Below, piece after piece: positions 28,401-42,989 of a stretch of 64,000 bases of DNA (its first letter is position 1; each line of letters begins with the position of its first letter). The notes under the pieces were generated by a model. That model was not told the DNA's origin. It saw nothing but the letters and a program-made list of their open reading frames with translations, and ran no database searches. The stretch lies in assembly GCA_964016885.1 (NCBI GenBank), contig OZ024743.1:129704001-129768000 (forward strand), given 5' to 3'. The translations under genes were made by a program, and so were the position numbers. This stretch comes from Eledone cirrhosa. Its lineage: Eukaryota.

Positions 28401-31320
28401 CCAAGCACCAAACACCAAGCACCAAGCACCAAACACCAAGCACCAAACACCAAGCACCAAGCACCAAGCACCAAACACCAAGCACCAGGCACCAAGCACC
28501 AAACACCAAACCCCAAGCACTAAAGACCAAGCACCAAGCACCAAGGACCAAACACCAAGCACCAAGCACCAAGCACCAAACACCAAGCACCAAGCACCAA
28601 ACACCCAGCACCAAGCACCAAGCACCAAACACCAAGCACCAAGCACCAAACACCAAACACCAAACACCAGGCACCAAGCACCAAACAGCAAGCACCAAAC
28701 ACCAAACACCAAACAGCAAACATCAAACAGCAAACACCAAACACCAAACAGCAAACAGCAAACGCCAAACACCAAGCACGAAGCACCAAGCACCAAACAC
28801 CAAGCACCAAGCACCAAGCACAAAACACCAAACACCAAGCACCAAGGACCAAACATCAAACACCAAGCACCAAGCACCTAGCACAAAGCACCGAACACCA
28901 AGCACCAAACACCAAGCACCAAACACCAAGCACCAAACACCAAACACCAGGCACCAAGCACCAAACACCAAGCACCATGCACCAAACACCAAGCACCAAG
29001 CACCAAGCACCAAACACCAAGCACCAAACACCAAACACCAAGCACCAAGTACCAAACACCAAGCACCAAACACCAAACACCAAGCACCAAGCACCAATCA
29101 CCAAACACCAAGAACCAAGCACCAAACACCAAGCACCAAGCACCAAGTACATACACCAAGAACCAAACACCAAACACAAAACACCAAGCACCAAGCAACA
29201 AGCATCAAACACCAAGCATCAAACACCAAACACCAAGCACCAAACACCAAACACCAAGCACCAAGCACCAAGCACCAAGCACAAACATCAAGCACCCAGC
29301 ACCAAACACCAAGCACCAAGCACCAAGCACCAAACACCAAGCACCAAGCACCAAAACCCAAACACCAAGCACCAAGCACCAAACACCAAACACCAAACAC
29401 CAGAAACCAAGCACCAAGCACCAAACACTAAGCACTAAGCACCAAACAGCAAACCCCAAGAACCAAGCACCAAACATTAATCACCAAGCACCACACAACA
29501 AGCACCAAGCACCAAGAACCAGGCACCAAGCACCAAGCACCAAACACAAAACACCAAGCACCAAGCACCAAGCAGCACACACCAAGCATCAAACACCAAC
29601 CACCAAACACCAAGCACCAAACACCTAACACCAAGCACTAAGCACCAAGCACCAAGCACCAAACTCCAAGCACCCAGCACCAAACACCAAACACCAAGCA
29701 CCAAGCACCAAACACCAAACACCAAGCACCAAGCACCAAGCACCAAACACCAAAGACCAAGCACCAAACACCAGACACCAAGCACCAAACACCAAGCACC
29801 AAGCACCAAACACCAAACAACAAGCACCAGGTACCAAGCACCAAACACCAAAAACCAAGCACCAAGCACCAAAAACCAAGCACCAAGCACCAAGCACCGA
29901 ACACCAAGCACCAAACACCAAGCACCAAACACCAAGCACCAAGCACCAAACACCAAGCACCAAACACCAAGTACCAAGCACCAAGCACCAAACACCAAGC
30001 ACCAGGCACCAAGAACCAAACACCAAGCACCATGGACCAAGCACCAAGCCCCAAACACTTAACACCAAGCACCAAGCACCAAACACCAAGCACCAAAAAC
30101 CAAACACCAAGCACCAACTACTAAACACCAAGCACCAAGCACCAAACACCAAGCACCAAGCACCAATCACCAAACACCAAGAACCAAGCACCAAACACCA
30201 AGCACCAAGGACCAAGCACCAGGCACCAAGCACCAAGCACCAAACACAAAACACCAAGCACCAAACACAAAACACCAAGCACCAAGCAGCAAACACCAAG
30301 CATCAAACACCAAACACCAAACACCAAGCACCAAACACCAAGCACCAAGCAGCAAACACCAAACACCAAGCACCAAGCACCAAGCACCAAACACCAAACA
30401 CCAAGCACCAAACACCAGACACCAAGCACCAAACACCAAGCACCAAGCACCAAGCACCAAACACCAAACAACAAGCACCAGGTACCAAGCACCAAACACC
30501 AAAAACCAAGCACCAAGCATCAAACACCAAACCCCAAGCACCAATCACCAAACACTAATCACCAAGCACCAAGCACCAAACACCAAGCACCAAACAGCAA
30601 ACCCCAAGCACCAATCACCAAATACTAATCACCAAGCACCAAGCACCAATCACCAAGCACCAAGCAGCAAGCACCAAACACCAAGCACCAAGCACTAAGC
30701 ACCTAGCACCAAACACCAAGCACCAAGCACCAAACACCAAACCCCAAGCACCAAAGACCAAGCACCAAGCACCAAGGACCAAACACCAAGCACCAAGCAC
30801 CAAGCACCAAACACCAAGCACCAAGCACCAAACACCCAGCACCAGACACCAAGCACCAAACACCAAGCACCAAGCACCAAAAACCAAACAACAAGCACCA
30901 GGTACCAAGCACCAAAGACCAAAAACCAAGCACCAAGCAACAAACACCAAGCACCAAGCACCAAACGCCAAACACCAAGCACCAAGCACCAAGCACCAAA
31001 CACCAAGCACCAAGCACCTAGCACCAAACACCAAACACCAAGCACCAAGCAGCAAACACCAAGCACCAATCACCAAGCACCAAACACCAAGCAGCAAGCA
31101 GCAAGCACCAAACACCAAACACCAAGCACCAAGGACCAAACATCATACACCAAGCACCAAGCACCAAACACCTAACACCAAGCACCAAGCACCAAGCACC
31201 AAGCACCGAACACCAAGCACCAAACACCAAGCACCAAACACCAAGCACCAAGCACCAAACACCAAGCACCAAACACCAAGCACCAAGCACCAAGCACCAA
31301 ACACCAAGCACCAGGCACCA
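22430..31320 (+). repeat. Three tandem copies of the ~3-kb HOR (3,050, 3,022 and 2,826 bp)
   Basis: Offsets 22905->25955 = 3,050; 25955->28977 = 3,022; 27789->30615 = 2,826. The shorter copies differ from 3,050 by 28 bp (4 monomers) and 224 bp (32 monomers). Private CACCAGG-CACTAAG at ~24,376 and ~27,426. Confidence 0.9.
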
Positions 31321-32399
31321 AGCACCAAACACCAAGCACCATGGACCAAGCACCAAGCCCCAAACACTTAACACCAAGCACCAAGCACCAAACACCAAGC
31401 ACCAAAAACCAAACACCAAGCACCGACTACTAAACACCAAGCACCAAGCACCAATCACCAAACACCAAGAACCAAGCACCAAACACCAAGCACCAAGGAC
31501 CAAGCACCAGGCACCAAGCACCAAGCACCAAACACAAAACACCAAGCACCAAACACAAAACACCAAGCACCAAGCACCAAGCAGCAAACACCAAGCATCA
31601 AACACCAAACACCAAACACCAAGCACAAAACACCAAGCACCAAGCAGCAAACACCAAACACCAAGCACCAAGCACCAAGCACCAAACACCAAACACCAAG
31701 CACCAAACACCAGACACCAAGCACCAAACACCAAGCACCAAGCACCAAGCACCAAACACCAAACAACAAGCACTAGGTACCAAGCACCAAACACCAAAAA
31801 CCAAGCACCAAGCATCAAACACCAAACCCCAAGCACCAATCACCAAACACCAATCACCAAGCACCAAGCACCAAACACCAAGCACCAAACAGCAAACCCC
31901 AGCACCAATCACCAAACACTAATCACCAAGCACCAAGCACCAATCACCAAGCACTAAGCACCAAGCACCAAACACCAAGCACCAAGCACCAAACACCAAA
32001 CCCCAAGCACCAAAGACCAAGCACCAAGCACCAAGGACCAAACACCAAGCACCAAGCACCAAACACCCAGCACCAAGCACCAAGCACCAAACACCAAGCA
32101 CCAAGCACCAAACACCAAACACCAAACACCAAGCACCAAGCACCAAACAGCAAGCACCAAACACCAAACACAAAACAGCAAACATCAAACAGCAAACACC
32201 AAACACCAAACAGCAAACAGCAAACGCCAAACACCAAGCACGAAGCACCAAGCACCAAACACCAAGCACCAAGCACCAAGCACAAAACACCAAACACCAA
32301 GCACCAAGGACCAAACATCAAACACCAAGCACCAAGCACCTAGCACAAAGCACCGAACACCAAGCACCAAACACCAAGCACCAAACACCAAACACCAAA

Positions 32400-35300
32400 C
32401 ACCAGCACCAAGCACCAAACACCAAGCACCATGCACCAAACACCAAGCACCAAGCACCAAGCACCAAACACCAAGCACCAAACACCAAACACCAAGCACC
32501 AAGTAACAAACACCAAGCACTAAACACCAAACACCAAGCACCAAGCACCAATCACCAAACACCAAGAACCAAGCACCAAACACCAAGCACCAAGCACCAA
32601 GTACATACACCAAGAACCAAACACCAAACACAAAACACCAAGCACCAAGCAACAAGTATCAAACACCAAGCATCAAACACCAAACACCAAACACCAAACA
32701 CCAAGCACCAAGCACCAAGCACCAAGCACAATCATCAAGCACCCAGCACCAAACACCAATCACCAAGCACCAAGCACCAAACACCAAGCACCAAACACCA
32801 AACACCAAGCACCAAGCCCCAAAACCCAAACACCAAGCACCAAGCACCAAACACCAAGCACCAAACACCAAACACCAAGCACCAAGCACCAAGCACCAAA
32901 CACCAAGCACCAGGCACCAAGAACCAAACACCAAGCACCATGGACCAAGCACCAAGCCCCAAACACTTAACACCAAGCACCAAGCACCAAACACCAAGCA
33001 CCAAAAACCAAACACCAAGCACCAACTACTAAACACCAAGCACCAAGCACCAAACACCAAGCACCAAGCACCAATCACCAAACACCAAGAACCAAGCACC
33101 AAACACCAAGCACCAAGGACCAAGCACCAGGCACCAAGCACCAAGCACCAAACACAAAACACCAAGCACCAAACACAAAACACCAAGCACCAAGCAGCAA
33201 ACACCAAGCATCAAACACCAAACACCAAACACCAAGCACCAAACACCAAGCACCAAGCAGCAAACACCAAACACCAAGCACCAAGCACCAAGCACCAAAC
33301 ACCAAACACCAAGCACCAAACACCAGACACCAAGCACCAAATACCAAGCACCAAGCACCAAGCACCAAACACCAAACAACAAGCACCAGGTTCCAAGCAC
33401 CAAACACCAAAAACCAAGCACCAAGCATCAAACACCAAACCCCAAGCACCAATCACCAAACACTAATCACCAAGCACCAAGCACCAAACACCAAGCACCA
33501 AACAGCAAACCCCAAGCACCAATCACCAAACACTAATCACCAAGCACCAAGCACCAATCACCAAGCACCAAGCAGCAAGCACCAAACACCAAGCACCAAG
33601 CACCAAGCACCAAGCACCAAGCACCAAACACCAAGCACCAAGCACCAAACACCAAACCCCAAGCACCAAAGACCAAGCACCAAGCACCAAGGACCAAACA
33701 CCAAGCACCAAGCACCAAGCACCAAACACCAAGCACCAAGCACCAAACACCCAGCACCAAGCACCAAGCACCAAACACCAAGCACCAAGCACCAAACACC
33801 AAACACCAAACACCAGGCACCAAGCACCAAACAGCAAGCACCAAACACCAAACACCAAACAGCAAACATCAAACAGCAAACACCAAACACCAAACAGCAA
33901 ACAGCAAACGCCAAACACCAAGCACGAAGCACCAAGCACCAAACACCAAGCACCAAGCACCAAGCACAAAACACCAAACACCAAGCACCAAGGACCAAAC
34001 ATCAAACACCAAGCACCAAGCACCTAGCACAAAGCACCGAACACCAAGCACCAAACACCAAGCACCAAACACCAAGCACCAAACACCAAACACCAGGCAC
34101 CAAGCACCAAACACCAAGCACCATGCCCCAAACACCAAGCACCAAGCACCAAGCACCAAACACCAAGCACCAAACACCAAACACCAAGCACCAAGTACCA
34201 AACACCAAGTACCAAACACCAAACACCAAGCACCAAGCACCAATCACCAAACACCAAGAACCAAGCACCAAACACCAAGCACCAAGCACCAAGTACATAC
34301 ACCAAGAACCAAACACCAAACACAAAACACCAAGCACCAAGCAACAAGCATTAAACACCAAGCATCAAACACCAAACACCAAGCACCAAACACCAAACAC
34401 CAAGAACCAAGCACCAAGCACCAAGCACAAACATCAAGCACCCAGCACCAAACACCAAGCACCAAGCACCAAGCACCAAACACCAAGCACCAAGCACCAA
34501 AACCCAAACACCAAGCACCAAGCACCAAACACCAAACACCAAACACCAGAAACCAAGCACCAAGCACCAAACACTAAGCACTAAGCACCAAACAGCAAAC
34601 CCCAAGCACCAAGCACCAAACATTAATCACCAAGCACCACACAACAAGCACCAAGCACCAAGAACCAGGCACCAAGCACCAAGCACCAAACACAAAACAC
34701 CAAGCACCAAGCACCAAGCAGCACACACCAAGCATCAAACACCAACCACCAAACACCAAGCACCAAACACCTAACACCAAGCACTAAGCACCAAGCACCA
34801 AGCACCAAACTCCAAGCACCCAGCACCAAACACCAAACACCAAGCACCAAGCACCAAACACCAGACACCAAGCACCAAACACCAAGCACCAAGCACCAAA
34901 CACCAAACAACAAGCACCAGGTACCAAGCACCAAACACCAAAAACCAAGCACCAAGCACCAAACACCAAGCACCAAACACAAAACACCAAGCACCAAACA
35001 CAAAACACCAAGCACCAAGCACCAAGCAGCAAACACCAAGCATCAAACACCAAACACCAAACACCAAGCACAAAACACCAAGCACCAAGCAGCAAACACC
35101 AAACACCAAGCACCAAGCACCAAGCACCAAACACCAATCACCAAGCACCAAACACCAGACACCAAGCACCAAACACCAAGCACCAAGCACCAAGCACCAA
35201 ACACCAAACAACAAGCACTAGGTACCAAGCACCAAACACCAAAAACCAAGCACCAAGCATCAAACACCAAACCCCAAGCACCAATCACCAAACACCAATC

Positions 35301-38300
35301 ACCAAGCACCAAGCACCAAACACCAAGCACCAAACAGCAAACCCCAAGCACCAATCACCAAACACTAATCACCAAGCACCAAGCACCAATCACCAAGCAC
35401 TAAGCACCAAGCACCAAACACCAAACCCCAAGCACCAAAGACCAAGCACCAAGCACCAAGGACCAAACACCAAGCACCAAGCACCAAACACCCAGCACCA
35501 AGCACCAAGCACCAAACACCAAGCACCAAGCACCAAACACCAAACACCAAACACCAAGCACCAAGCACCAAACAGCAAGCACCAAACACCAAACACAAAA
35601 CAGCAAACATCAAACAGCAAACACCAAACACCAAACAGCAAACAGCAAACGCCAAACACCAAGCACGAAGCACCAAGCACCAAACACCAAGCACCAAGCA
35701 CCAAGCACAAAACACCAAACACCAAGCACCAAGGACCAAACATCAAACACCAAGCACCAAGCACCTAGCACAAAGCACCGAACACCAAGCACCAAACACC
35801 AAGCACCAAACACCAAACACCAAACACCAGCACCAAGCACCAAACACCAAGCACCATGCACCAAACACCAAGCACCAAGCACCAAGCACCAAACACCAAG
35901 CACCAAACACCAAACACCAAGCACCAAGTAACAAACACCAAGCACTAAACACCAAACACCAAGCACCAAGCACCAATCACCAAACACCAAGAACCAAGCA
36001 CCAAACACCAAGCACCAAGCACCAAGTACATACACCAAGAACCAAACACCAAACACAAAACACCAAGCACCAAGCAACAAGTATCAAACACCAAGCATCA
36101 AACACCAAACACCAAACACCAAACACCAAGCACCAAGCACCAAGCACCAAGCACAATCATCAAGCACCCAGCACCAAACACCAAGCACCAAGCACCAAGC
36201 ACCAAACACCAAGCACCAAACACCAAACACCAAGCACCAAGCCCCAAAACCCAAACACCAAGCACCAAGCACCAAACACCAAGCACCAAACACCAAGCAC
36301 CAAGCACCAAGCACCAAACACCAAGCACCAGGCACCAAGAACCAAACACCAAGCACCATGGACCAAGCACCAAGCCCCAAACACTTAACACCAAGCACCA
36401 AGCACCAAACACCAAGCACCAAAAACCAAACACCAAGCACCAACTACTAAACACCAAGCACCAAGCACCAAACACCAAGCACCAAGCACCAATCACCAAA
36501 CACCAAGAACCAAGCACCAAACACCAAGCACCAAGGACCAAGCACCAGGCACCAAGCACCAAGCACCAAACACAAAACACCAAGCACCAAACACAAAACA
36601 CCAAGCACCAAGCAGCAAACACCAAGCATCAAACACCAAACACCAAACACCAAGCACCAAACACCAAGCACCAAGCAGCAAACACCAAACACCAAGCACC
36701 AAGCACCAAGCACCAAACACCAAACACCAAGCACCAAACACCAGACACCAAGCACCAAATACCAAGCACCAAGCACCAAGCACCAAACACCAAACAACAA
36801 GCACCAGGTACCAAGCACCAAACACCAAAAACCAAGCACCAAGCATCAAACACCAAACCCCAAGCACCAATCACCAAACACTAATCACCAAGCACCAAGC
36901 ACCAAACACCAAGCACCAAACAGCAAACCCCAAGCACCAATCACCAAACACTAATCACCAAGCACCAAGCACCAATCACCAAGCACCAAGCAGCAAGCAC
37001 CAAACACCAAGCACCAAGCACCAAGCACCAAGCACCAAACACCAAACACCAAACACCAGCACCAAGCACCAAACACCAAGCACCATGCACCAAACACCAA
37101 GCACCAAGCACCAAGCACCAAACACCAAGCACCAAACACCAAACACCAAGCACCAAGTAACAAACACCAAGCACTAAACACCAAACACCAAGCACCAAGC
37201 ACCAATCACCAAACACCAAGAACCAAGCACCAAACACCAAGCACCAAGCACCAAGTACATACACCAAGAACCAAACACCAAACACAAAACACCAAGCACC
37301 AAGCAACAAGTATCAAACACCAAGCATCAAACACCAAACACCAAACACCAAACACCAAGCACCAAGCACCAAGCACCAAGCACAATCATCAAGCACCCAG
37401 CACCAAACACCAATCACCAAGCACCAAGCACCAAACACCAAGCACCAAACACCAAACACCAAGCACCAAGCCCCAAAACCCAAACACCAAGCACCAAGCA
37501 CCAAACACCAAGCACCAAACACCAAGCACCAAGCACCAAGCACCAAACACCAAGCACCAGGCACCAAGAACCAAATACCAAGCACCATGGACCAAGCACC
37601 AAGCCCCAAACACTTAACACCAAGCACCAAGCACCAAACACCAAGCACCAAAAACCAAACACCAAGCACCAACTACTAAACACCAAGCACCAAGCACCAA
37701 ACACCAAGCACCAAGCACCAATCACCAAACACCAAGAACCAAGCACCAAACACCAAGCACCAAGGACCAAGCACCAGGCACCAAGCACCAAGCACCAAAC
37801 ACAAAACACCAAGCACCAAACACAAAACACCAAGCACCAAGCAGCAAACACCAAGCATCAAACACCAAACACCAAACACCAAGCACCAAACACCAAGCAC
37901 CAAGCAGCAAACACCAAACACCAAGCACCAAGCACCAAGCACCAAACACCAAACACCAAGCACCAAACACCAGACACCAAGCACCAAATACCAAGCACCA
38001 AGCACCAAGCACCAAACACCAAACAACAAGCACCAGGTTCCAAGCACCAAACACCAAAAACCAAGCACCAAGCATCAAACACCAAACCCCAAGCACCAAT
38101 CACCAAACACTAATCACCAAGCACCAAGCACCAAACACCAAGCACCAAACAGCAAACCCCAAGCACCAATCACCAAACACTAATCACCAAGCACCAAGCA
38201 CCAATCACCAAGCACCAAGCAGCAAGCACCAAACACCAAGCACCAAGCACCAAGCACCAAGCACCAAACACCAAGCACCAAGCACCAAACACCAAACCCC

Positions 38301-41300
38301 AAGCACCAAAGACCAAGCACCAAGCACCAAGGACCAAACACCAAGCACCAAGCACCAAGCACCAAACACCAAGCACCAAGCACCAAACACCCAGCACCAA
38401 GCACCAAGCACCAAACACCAAGCACCAAGCACCAAACACCAAACACCAAACACCAGGCACCAAGCACCAAACAGCAAGCACCAAACACCAAACACCAAAC
38501 AGCAAACATCAAACAGCAAACACCAAACACCAAACAGCAAACAGCAAACGCCAAACACCAAGCACGAAGCACCAAGCACCAAACACCAAGCACCAAGCAC
38601 CAAGCACAAAACACCAAACACCAAGCACCAAGGACCAAACATCAAACACCAAGCACCAAGCACCTAGCACAAAGCACCGAACACCAAGCACCAAACACCA
38701 AGCACCAAACACCAAGCACCAAACACCAAACACCAGGCACCAAGCACCAAACACCAAGCACCATGCCCCAAACACCAAGCACCAAGCACCAAGCACCAAA
38801 CACCAAGCACCAAACACCAAACACCAAGCACCAAGTACCAAACACCAAGTACCAAACACCAAACACCAAGCACCAAGCACCAATCACCAAACACCAAGAA
38901 CCAAGCACCAAACACCAAGCACCAAGCACCAAGTACATACACCAAGAACCAAACACCAAACACAAAACACCAAGCACCAAGCAACAAGCATTAAACACCA
39001 AGCATCAAACACCAAACACCAAGCACCAAACACCAAACACCAAGAACCAAGCACCAAGCACCAAGCACAAACATCAAGCACCCAGCACCAAACACCAAGC
39101 ACCAAGCACCAAGCACCAAACACCAAGCACCAAGCACCAAAACCCAAACACCAAGCACCAAGCACCAAACACCAAACACCAAACACCAGAAACCAAGCAC
39201 CAAGCACCAAACACTAAGCACTAAGCACCAAACAGCAAACCCCAAGCACCAAGCACCAAACATTAATCACCAAGCACCACACAACAAGCACCAAGCACCA
39301 AGAACCAGGCACCAAGCACCAAGCACCAAACACAAAACACCAAGCACCAAGCACCAAGCAGCACACACCAAGCATCAAACACCAACCACCAAACACCAAG
39401 CACCAAACACCTAACACCAAGCACTAAGCACCAAGCACCAAGCACCAAACTCCAAGCACCCAGCACCAAACACCAAACACCAAGCACCAAGCACCAAACA
39501 CCAGACACCAAGCACCAAACACCAAGCACCAAGCACCAAACACCAAACAACAAGCACCAGGTACCAAGCACCAAACACCAAAAACCAAGCACCAAGCACC
39601 AAACACCAAGCACCAAACACAAAACACCAAGCACCAAACACAAAACACCAAGCACCAAGCACCAAGCAGCAAACACCAAGCATCAAACACCAAACACCAA
39701 ACACCAAGCACAAAACACCAAGCACCAAGCAGCAAACACCAAACACCAAGCACCAAGCACCAAGCACCAAACACCAATCACCAAGCACCAAACACCAGAC
39801 ACCAAGCACCAAACACCAAGCACCAAGCACCAAGCACCAAACACCAAACAACAAGCACTAGGTACCAAGCACCAAACACCAAAAACCAAGCACCAAGCAT
39901 CAAACACCAAACCCCAAGCACCAATCACCAAACACCAATCACCAAGCACCAAGCACCAAACACCAAGCACCAAACAGCAAACCCCAAGCACCAATCACCA
40001 AACACTAATCACCAAGCACCAAGCACCAATCACCAAGCACTAAGCACCAAGCACCAAACACCAAACCCCAAGCACCAAAGACCAAGCACCAAGCACCAAG
40101 GACCAAACACCAAGCACCAAGCACCAAACACCCAGCACCAAGCACCAAGCACCAAACACCAAGCACCAAGCACCAAACACCAAACACCAAACACCAAGCA
40201 CCAAGCACCAAACAGCAAGCACCAAACACCAAACACAAAACAGCAAACATCAAACAGCAAACACCAAACACCAAACAGCAAACAGCAAACGCCAAACACC
40301 AAGCACGAAGCACCAAGCACCAAACACCAAGCACCAAGCACCAAGCACAAAACACCAAACACCAAGCACCAAGGACCAAACATCAAACACCAAGCACCAA
40401 GCACCTAGCACAAAGCACCGAACACCAAGCACCAAACATCAAGCACCAAACACCAAACACCAAACACCAGCACCAAGCACCAAACACCAAGCACCATGCA
40501 CCAAACACCAAGCACCAAGCACCAAGCACCAAACACCAAGCACCAAACACCAAACACCAAGCACCAAGTAACAAACACCAAGCACTAAACACCAAACACC
40601 AAGCACCAAGCACCAATCACCAAACACCAAGAACCAAGCACCAAACACCAAGCACCAAGCACCAAGTACATACACCAAGAACCAAACACCAAACACAAAA
40701 CACCAAGCACCAAGCAACAAGTATCAAACACCAAGCATCAAACACCAAACACCAAACACCAAACACCAAGCACCAAGCACCAAGCACCAAGCACAATCAT
40801 CAAGCACCCAGCACCAAACACCAAGCACCAAGCACCAAGCACCAAACACCAAGCACCAAACACCAAACACCAAGCACCAAGCCCCAAAACCCAAACACCA
40901 AGCACCAAGCACCAAACACCAAGCACCAAACACCAAGCACCAAGCACCAAGCACCAAACACCAAGCACCAGGCACCAAGAACCAAACACCAAGCACCATG
41001 GACCAAGCACCAAGCCCCAAACACTTAACACCAAGCACCAAGCACCAAACACCAAGCACCAAAAACCAAACACCAAGCACCAACTACTAAACACCAAGCA
41101 CCAAGCACCAAACACCAAGCACCAAGCACCAATCACCAAACACCAAGAACCAAGCACCAAACACCAAGCACCAAGGACCAAGCACCAGGCACCAAGCACC
41201 AAGCACCAAACACAAAACACCAAGCACCAAACACAAAACACCAAGCACCAAGCAGCAAACACCAAGCATCAAACACCAAACACCAAACACCAAGCACCAA

Positions 41301-41680
41301 ACACCAAGCACCAAGCAGCAAACACCAAACACCAAGCACCAAGCACCAAGCACCAAACACCAAACACCAAGCACCAAACACCAGACACCAAGCACCAAAT
41401 ACCAAGCACCAAGCACCAAGCACCAAACACCAAACAACAAGCACCAGGTACCAAGCACCAAACACCAAAAACCAAGCACCAAGCATCAAACACCAAACCC
41501 CAAGCACCAATCACCAAACACTAATCACCAAGCACCAAGCACCAAACACCAAGCACCAAACAGCAAACCCCAAGCACCAATCACCAAACACTAATCACCA
41601 AGCACCAAGCACCAATCACCAAGCACCAAGCAGCAAGCACCAAACACCAAGCACCAAGCACCAAGCACCAAGCACCAAAC
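32400..41680 (+). repeat. 4.64-kb HOR, two tandem copies, with a partial third continuing to ~42.2 kb
   Basis: Offsets 32400->37054 (4,654), 33523->38170 (4,647), 34123->38763 and 36941->41581 (4,640 = 664x7-8, eight hexamers counted). Private GGTTCC replaces GGTACC at ~33,389 and ~38,036. Confidence 0.9.
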
Positions 41681-42989
41681 ACCAAGCACCAAGCACCAAA
41701 CACCAAACCCCAAGCACCAAAGACCAAGCACCAAGCACCAAGGACCAAACACCAAGCACCAAGCACCAAGCACCAAACACCAAGCACCAAGCACCAAACA
41801 CCCAGCACCAAGCACCAAGCACCAAACACCAAGCACCAAGCACCAAACACCAAACACCAAACACCAGGCACCAAGCACCAAACAGCAAGCACCAAACACC
41901 AAACACCAAACAGCAAACATCAAACAGCAAACAGCAAACACCAAACAGCAAACAGCAAACGCCAAACACCAAGCACGAAGCACCAAGCACCAAACACCAA
42001 GCACCAAGCACCAAGCACAAAACACCAAACACCAAGCACCAAGGACCAAACATCAAACACCAAGCACCAAGCACCTAGCACAAAGCACCGAACACCAAGC
42101 ACCAAACACCAAGCACCAAACACCAAGCACCAAACACCAAACACCAGGCACCAAGCACCAAACACCAAGCACCATGCCCCAAACACCAAGCACCAAGCAC
42201 CAAGCACCAAACACCAAGCACCAAACACCAAACACCAAGCACCAAGCACCAAGTACATACACCAAGAACCAAACACCAAACACAAAACACCAAGCACCAA
42301 GCAACAAGCATTAAACACCAAGCATCAAACACCAAACACCAAGCACCAAACACCAAACACCAAGCACCAAGCACCAATCACCAAACACCAAGAACCAAGC
42401 ACCAAACACCAAGCACCAAGCACCAAGTACATACACCAAGAACCAAACACCAAACACAAAACACCAAGCACCAAGCAACAAGCATTAAACACCAAGCATC
42501 AAACACCAAACACCAAGCACCAAACACCAAACACCAAGAACCAAGCACCAAGCACCAAGCACAAACATCAAGCACCCAGCACCAAACACCAAGCACCAAG
42601 CACCAAGCACCAAACACCAAGCACCAAGCACCAAAACCCAAACACCAAGCACCAAGCACCAAACACCAAACACCAAACACCAGAAACCAAGCACCAAGCA
42701 CCAAACACTAAGCACTAAGCACCAAACAGCAAACCCCAAGCACCAAGCACCAAACATTAATCACCAAGCACCACACAACAAGCACCAAGCACCAAGAACC
42801 AGGCACCAAGCACCAAGCACCAAACACAAAACACCAAGCACCAAGCACCAAGCAGCACACACCAAGCATCAAACACCAACCACCAAAGACCAAGCACCAA
42901 ACACCAGACACCAAGCACCAAACACCAAGCACCAAGCACCAAACACCAAACAACAAGCACCAGGTACCAAGCACCAAACACCAAAAACC

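Noticed and set aside
31897-31902. Singleton hexamer CCCCAG as a real indel event
   Set aside because: Occurs once beside a homopolymer where other copies read CCCCAAG, so it may be a consensus error. Counted for phase only.
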